From the human T2T-CHM13v2.0 reference genome, Homo sapiens, in the NCBI RefSeq assembly GCF_009914755.1, contig NC_060937.1: DNA of 64,000 bases. One strand, given 5' to 3'. Positions 61,557 through 64,000 of the stretch are shown here, piece after piece. The position numbers and the translations under genes are program-made. How positions within the stretch are numbered: the stretch's first letter is position 1; the number at the start of each line of letters is the position of its first letter. A model generated the notes under the pieces. The model saw nothing but the letters and a program-made list of their open reading frames with translations. It searched no databases and had not been told where the DNA came from.

Positions 61557-62900
61557 ATGGGCAACCAGTTCTCCTCACCACTGCCAGCTTATACTCCTCT
61601 GGAGTGTATCCTGAACCACTGGGACTTCTTTGACACTCAGAATCTGGAAGAAAAGTGCTTCATAGCCCACTGCACCAAGGTTTGGCCAAATTATAATTTA
61701 CAGGAAGGACTAGCTTGGCCTCAGGAAGGAACCAATCTGATACCAGATTGTATCAACCGTTTTGATACAATCTGGCAGTTGGAAGTTTTCTGTAGACCTG
61801 AGGACAGATGGTCTGAGGCGGCGTATGTACAGGCTTTCTATACCTTGCAAGGCAATACAGACCTTTACTGACAATGTAGGATTGATTCAGCCCTCCTGTT
61901 GCTGTCTCAGGGAAGGCTGCAAGGGGCAAGCACAGGGAAGTAAAGATAAGAGTCCCAAAGGCACCCCCAGGAGAGGAGCCAGCTCCCTCCAGCCCTGCTC
62001 CTCCAGGTACACCCAGACCTCCCTATCCAGCTTGAGCCTCTCACTTGCCCCCTCCTAGAAATCCTTGCTCTAAACAAGCCCCAGTCTCACTCCTGCCCCT
62101 CCAGCAGATGCCCAGTGAATTTTGGCCCAGTAAGGTCCAGGTCCCCTTCTCCCTACAGTACTTACAGCAAATTAAGGGAGATCTTCGAAAGTTTTCAGAT
62201 GACCCTGATATATATAGAGAGGCTTTCAATAATTTGACCCAAATATTTGAACTCTCCTGGAGAGACATTATGTTACTTTTGAGTCAGACCTTGATGGACA
62301 CTGAGAAACAGGCTGCTCCACAAGCAGCAGAGAATTGGGGATGACCGTTGCATCACATACAGTGTCAGGGAAGGGTGCAAATATTACCCAACTGGAAGAG
62401 AAGCAGTACCAGTGAATGACCCTAAATGGGATCCCAATGATGAGGTGGAAGATTAGAAGAGGAGTCACTTTCAGGCATGCATAATGGAAGGCCTACATAG
62501 AACTAGGACCAAGCATCTCAATTATACTAAGCTGCCCATGATTGACCAGGAAGTTGATGAAAATCCCACTGCCTTCCTGGAAAGACTAAGAGGGGCCTTG
62601 TTAAAGCACCTCTCTATCTCCTGATTTAGTCGAGGGACAACTAATCCTAGAGGATACATTTATTACTCAGGCACCCCCTGATATCAGGAGGAAGTTACAA
62701 AGATGGGCCCTGGGACCAAATAGTACATTAGAGGACCTCCTGAAAGTGGCTATGTCAATCTTTTATAATAGAGACAGGGAGGCCCAGGAAAGACAGCAAA
62801 CACAGGAAAGAGATGGAAGTTTTAATGGCCACCAGGCAAGCCCACAAATCCAGGAATTCCCATGGTGCGCCTATTAACTGCTAAAAGATAGGGCAAGAAT
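61557..62900 (+). pseudogene. gag: Gammaretrovirus-like gag, disrupted by stops and frameshifts
   Basis: MGNQFSS...TPLECILNHWD (matrix, myristoylation Gly); VQVPFSLQYLQQIKGDLRKFSDDPD (p30 capsid); DQEVDENPTAFLERLR (major homology region). Confidence 0.9.
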
Positions 62901-63103
62901 AGTTATCTCTCTTCTAAAGTTTAACCGCTCCCATACAAAGTTTAATTTCTTTCACCAGGGTGAAACAGCTAAGGGTATGATGCTGTTGTTAGTATATTGT
63001 ACTTCTTGTCAATGTAATCTTTGGCATTAAATTATTTCCTTGTATAATACATATGTTTAACCCATGCATACTTAACCTTATAAAACTTGCTTTTTTCTCT
63101 CGC

Positions 63104-63250
63104 ACCTAGAAGCCGTCGAACTCCACATGATCAGGCAACCAGACCATTGGACAATGGTTCTCCTTTGCTAGGAACCCTTAGACAGACTCTGGAAGGAATC
63201 TGGCTGCTATTTTCCCCAAAACAATGCCCTTGTCAGCAGGAAGCAGCTAA
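63104..63250 (+). pseudogene. env cytoplasmic-tail remnant
   Basis: Encodes HLEAVELHMIRQ...EPLDRL...QQEAA, resembling the RIEAVKLQM...PLDRP tails of HERV-W/ERV9-group env. Confidence 0.6.
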
Positions 63251-63296
63251 GACTGGTCATTCTGCATATTCTAATGTCAGTTTGATGCACCTCTTC

Positions 63297-63308
63297 AGAG
63301 GGGGGAAA
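63297..63308 (+). promoter_or_regulatory. Polypurine tract
   Basis: AGAGGGGGGAAA immediately before the 3' LTR TG. Confidence 0.9.
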
Positions 63309-64000
63309 TGATACGGGAGTGCTGGGAAGGGAAGACAATGGTCCCTTTAAGTGATATGGAAAAGGGGGAAGGGAAGTGCATGGAGGGCATGGTCCCTGGC
63401 TAGGGCCCCACCCCCACAGACCTAGGTGAGGACAGACACTCCTGCTTCCGAGCCCAAATGTTGCATTTTCCAAGACCACCCTGGTCTGCCATGTCCCCAT
63501 CCTGGGCCTATAAAAACCTGAGACCCTAGCGGGTACACACACTATCTGCTGGACATCATGAGAAACACATCGGCACAAGAAGACACAAGGAGCTGGTCAT
63601 CAAGAACACACTGCTGGAAGAGCATGTCGAAAGGCACAGGCAGTCTAGCAGTCCATCAATTGCAGAAGGATGCGGAGTTTGTCTGGAGTGGTCGAAAAAG
63701 AGTCGGGCCGCTGAGCAGCCCAACTCCAGAGGAAAACCATCTCCCTTCTGGCTCCCCCATCGGCTGAGAGCTACTTCCACTCAATAAAACCTTGCACTCA
63801 TTCTCCAAGCCCATGTGTGATCCAATTCTTCTGGTACACCAAGACAAGAAACCCCAGGATACAGAAATCTCTCCTTCTGAAAAGGAAAGGGGTCTAATTG
63901 AGCTACTGAGCTGGTTAACACAAACTGCCTATAGACAGCAAACTAAAAAAACACCCTGTAATACATGCCCACTGGGGCTTCAGCTGTAAACACTCACCCC
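63309..64000 (+). mobile_element. 3' LTR (truncated by the window edge)
   Basis: TGATACGGGAGTGCTGGGAAGGG, homologous to the 5' LTR; AATAAA at 63783-63788. Confidence 0.93.

Larger units (their letters stand above)
59539..64000 (+). mobile_element. ERV1 provirus, LTR1/HUERS-P-type, non-autonomous (gag plus env tail, no pol); 3' LTR runs off the window
   Basis: Two homologous LTRs (59539-60318 and 63309 onward), Pro PBS, gag, PPT; the internal region is only 2990 bp. Confidence 0.92.

Overview
This is AT-rich primate genomic DNA (human or great ape, judged from AluY and L1PA4 elements), not microbial. It reads as an LINE-rich intergenic or deep-intronic region, and more than half of it is layered transposon fossils: L1M/L1MA/L1PA LINEs, about ten Alus, MaLR/ERVL/ERV1 solo LTRs, Tigger/MER2/MER20/MER44 DNA transposons, and MIR/L2. 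It ends in a tRNA-Pro-primed, pol-less LTR1/HUERS-P-type provirus (59539 to the window end) with decayed gag and an env-tail remnant. No host protein-coding gene, RNA gene or CRISPR array is supportable; every listed ORF is repeat-derived or spurious. I found no evidence of a new biological system. The best observations are mechanistic scars: a probable L1PA4 3' transduction, a twin-primed L1, several template-switch inversions or inverted duplications, an ancient 80-bp local duplication, and a close inverted AluY pair. Subfamily names come from recalled consensus sequences and need RepeatMasker/Dfam confirmation.
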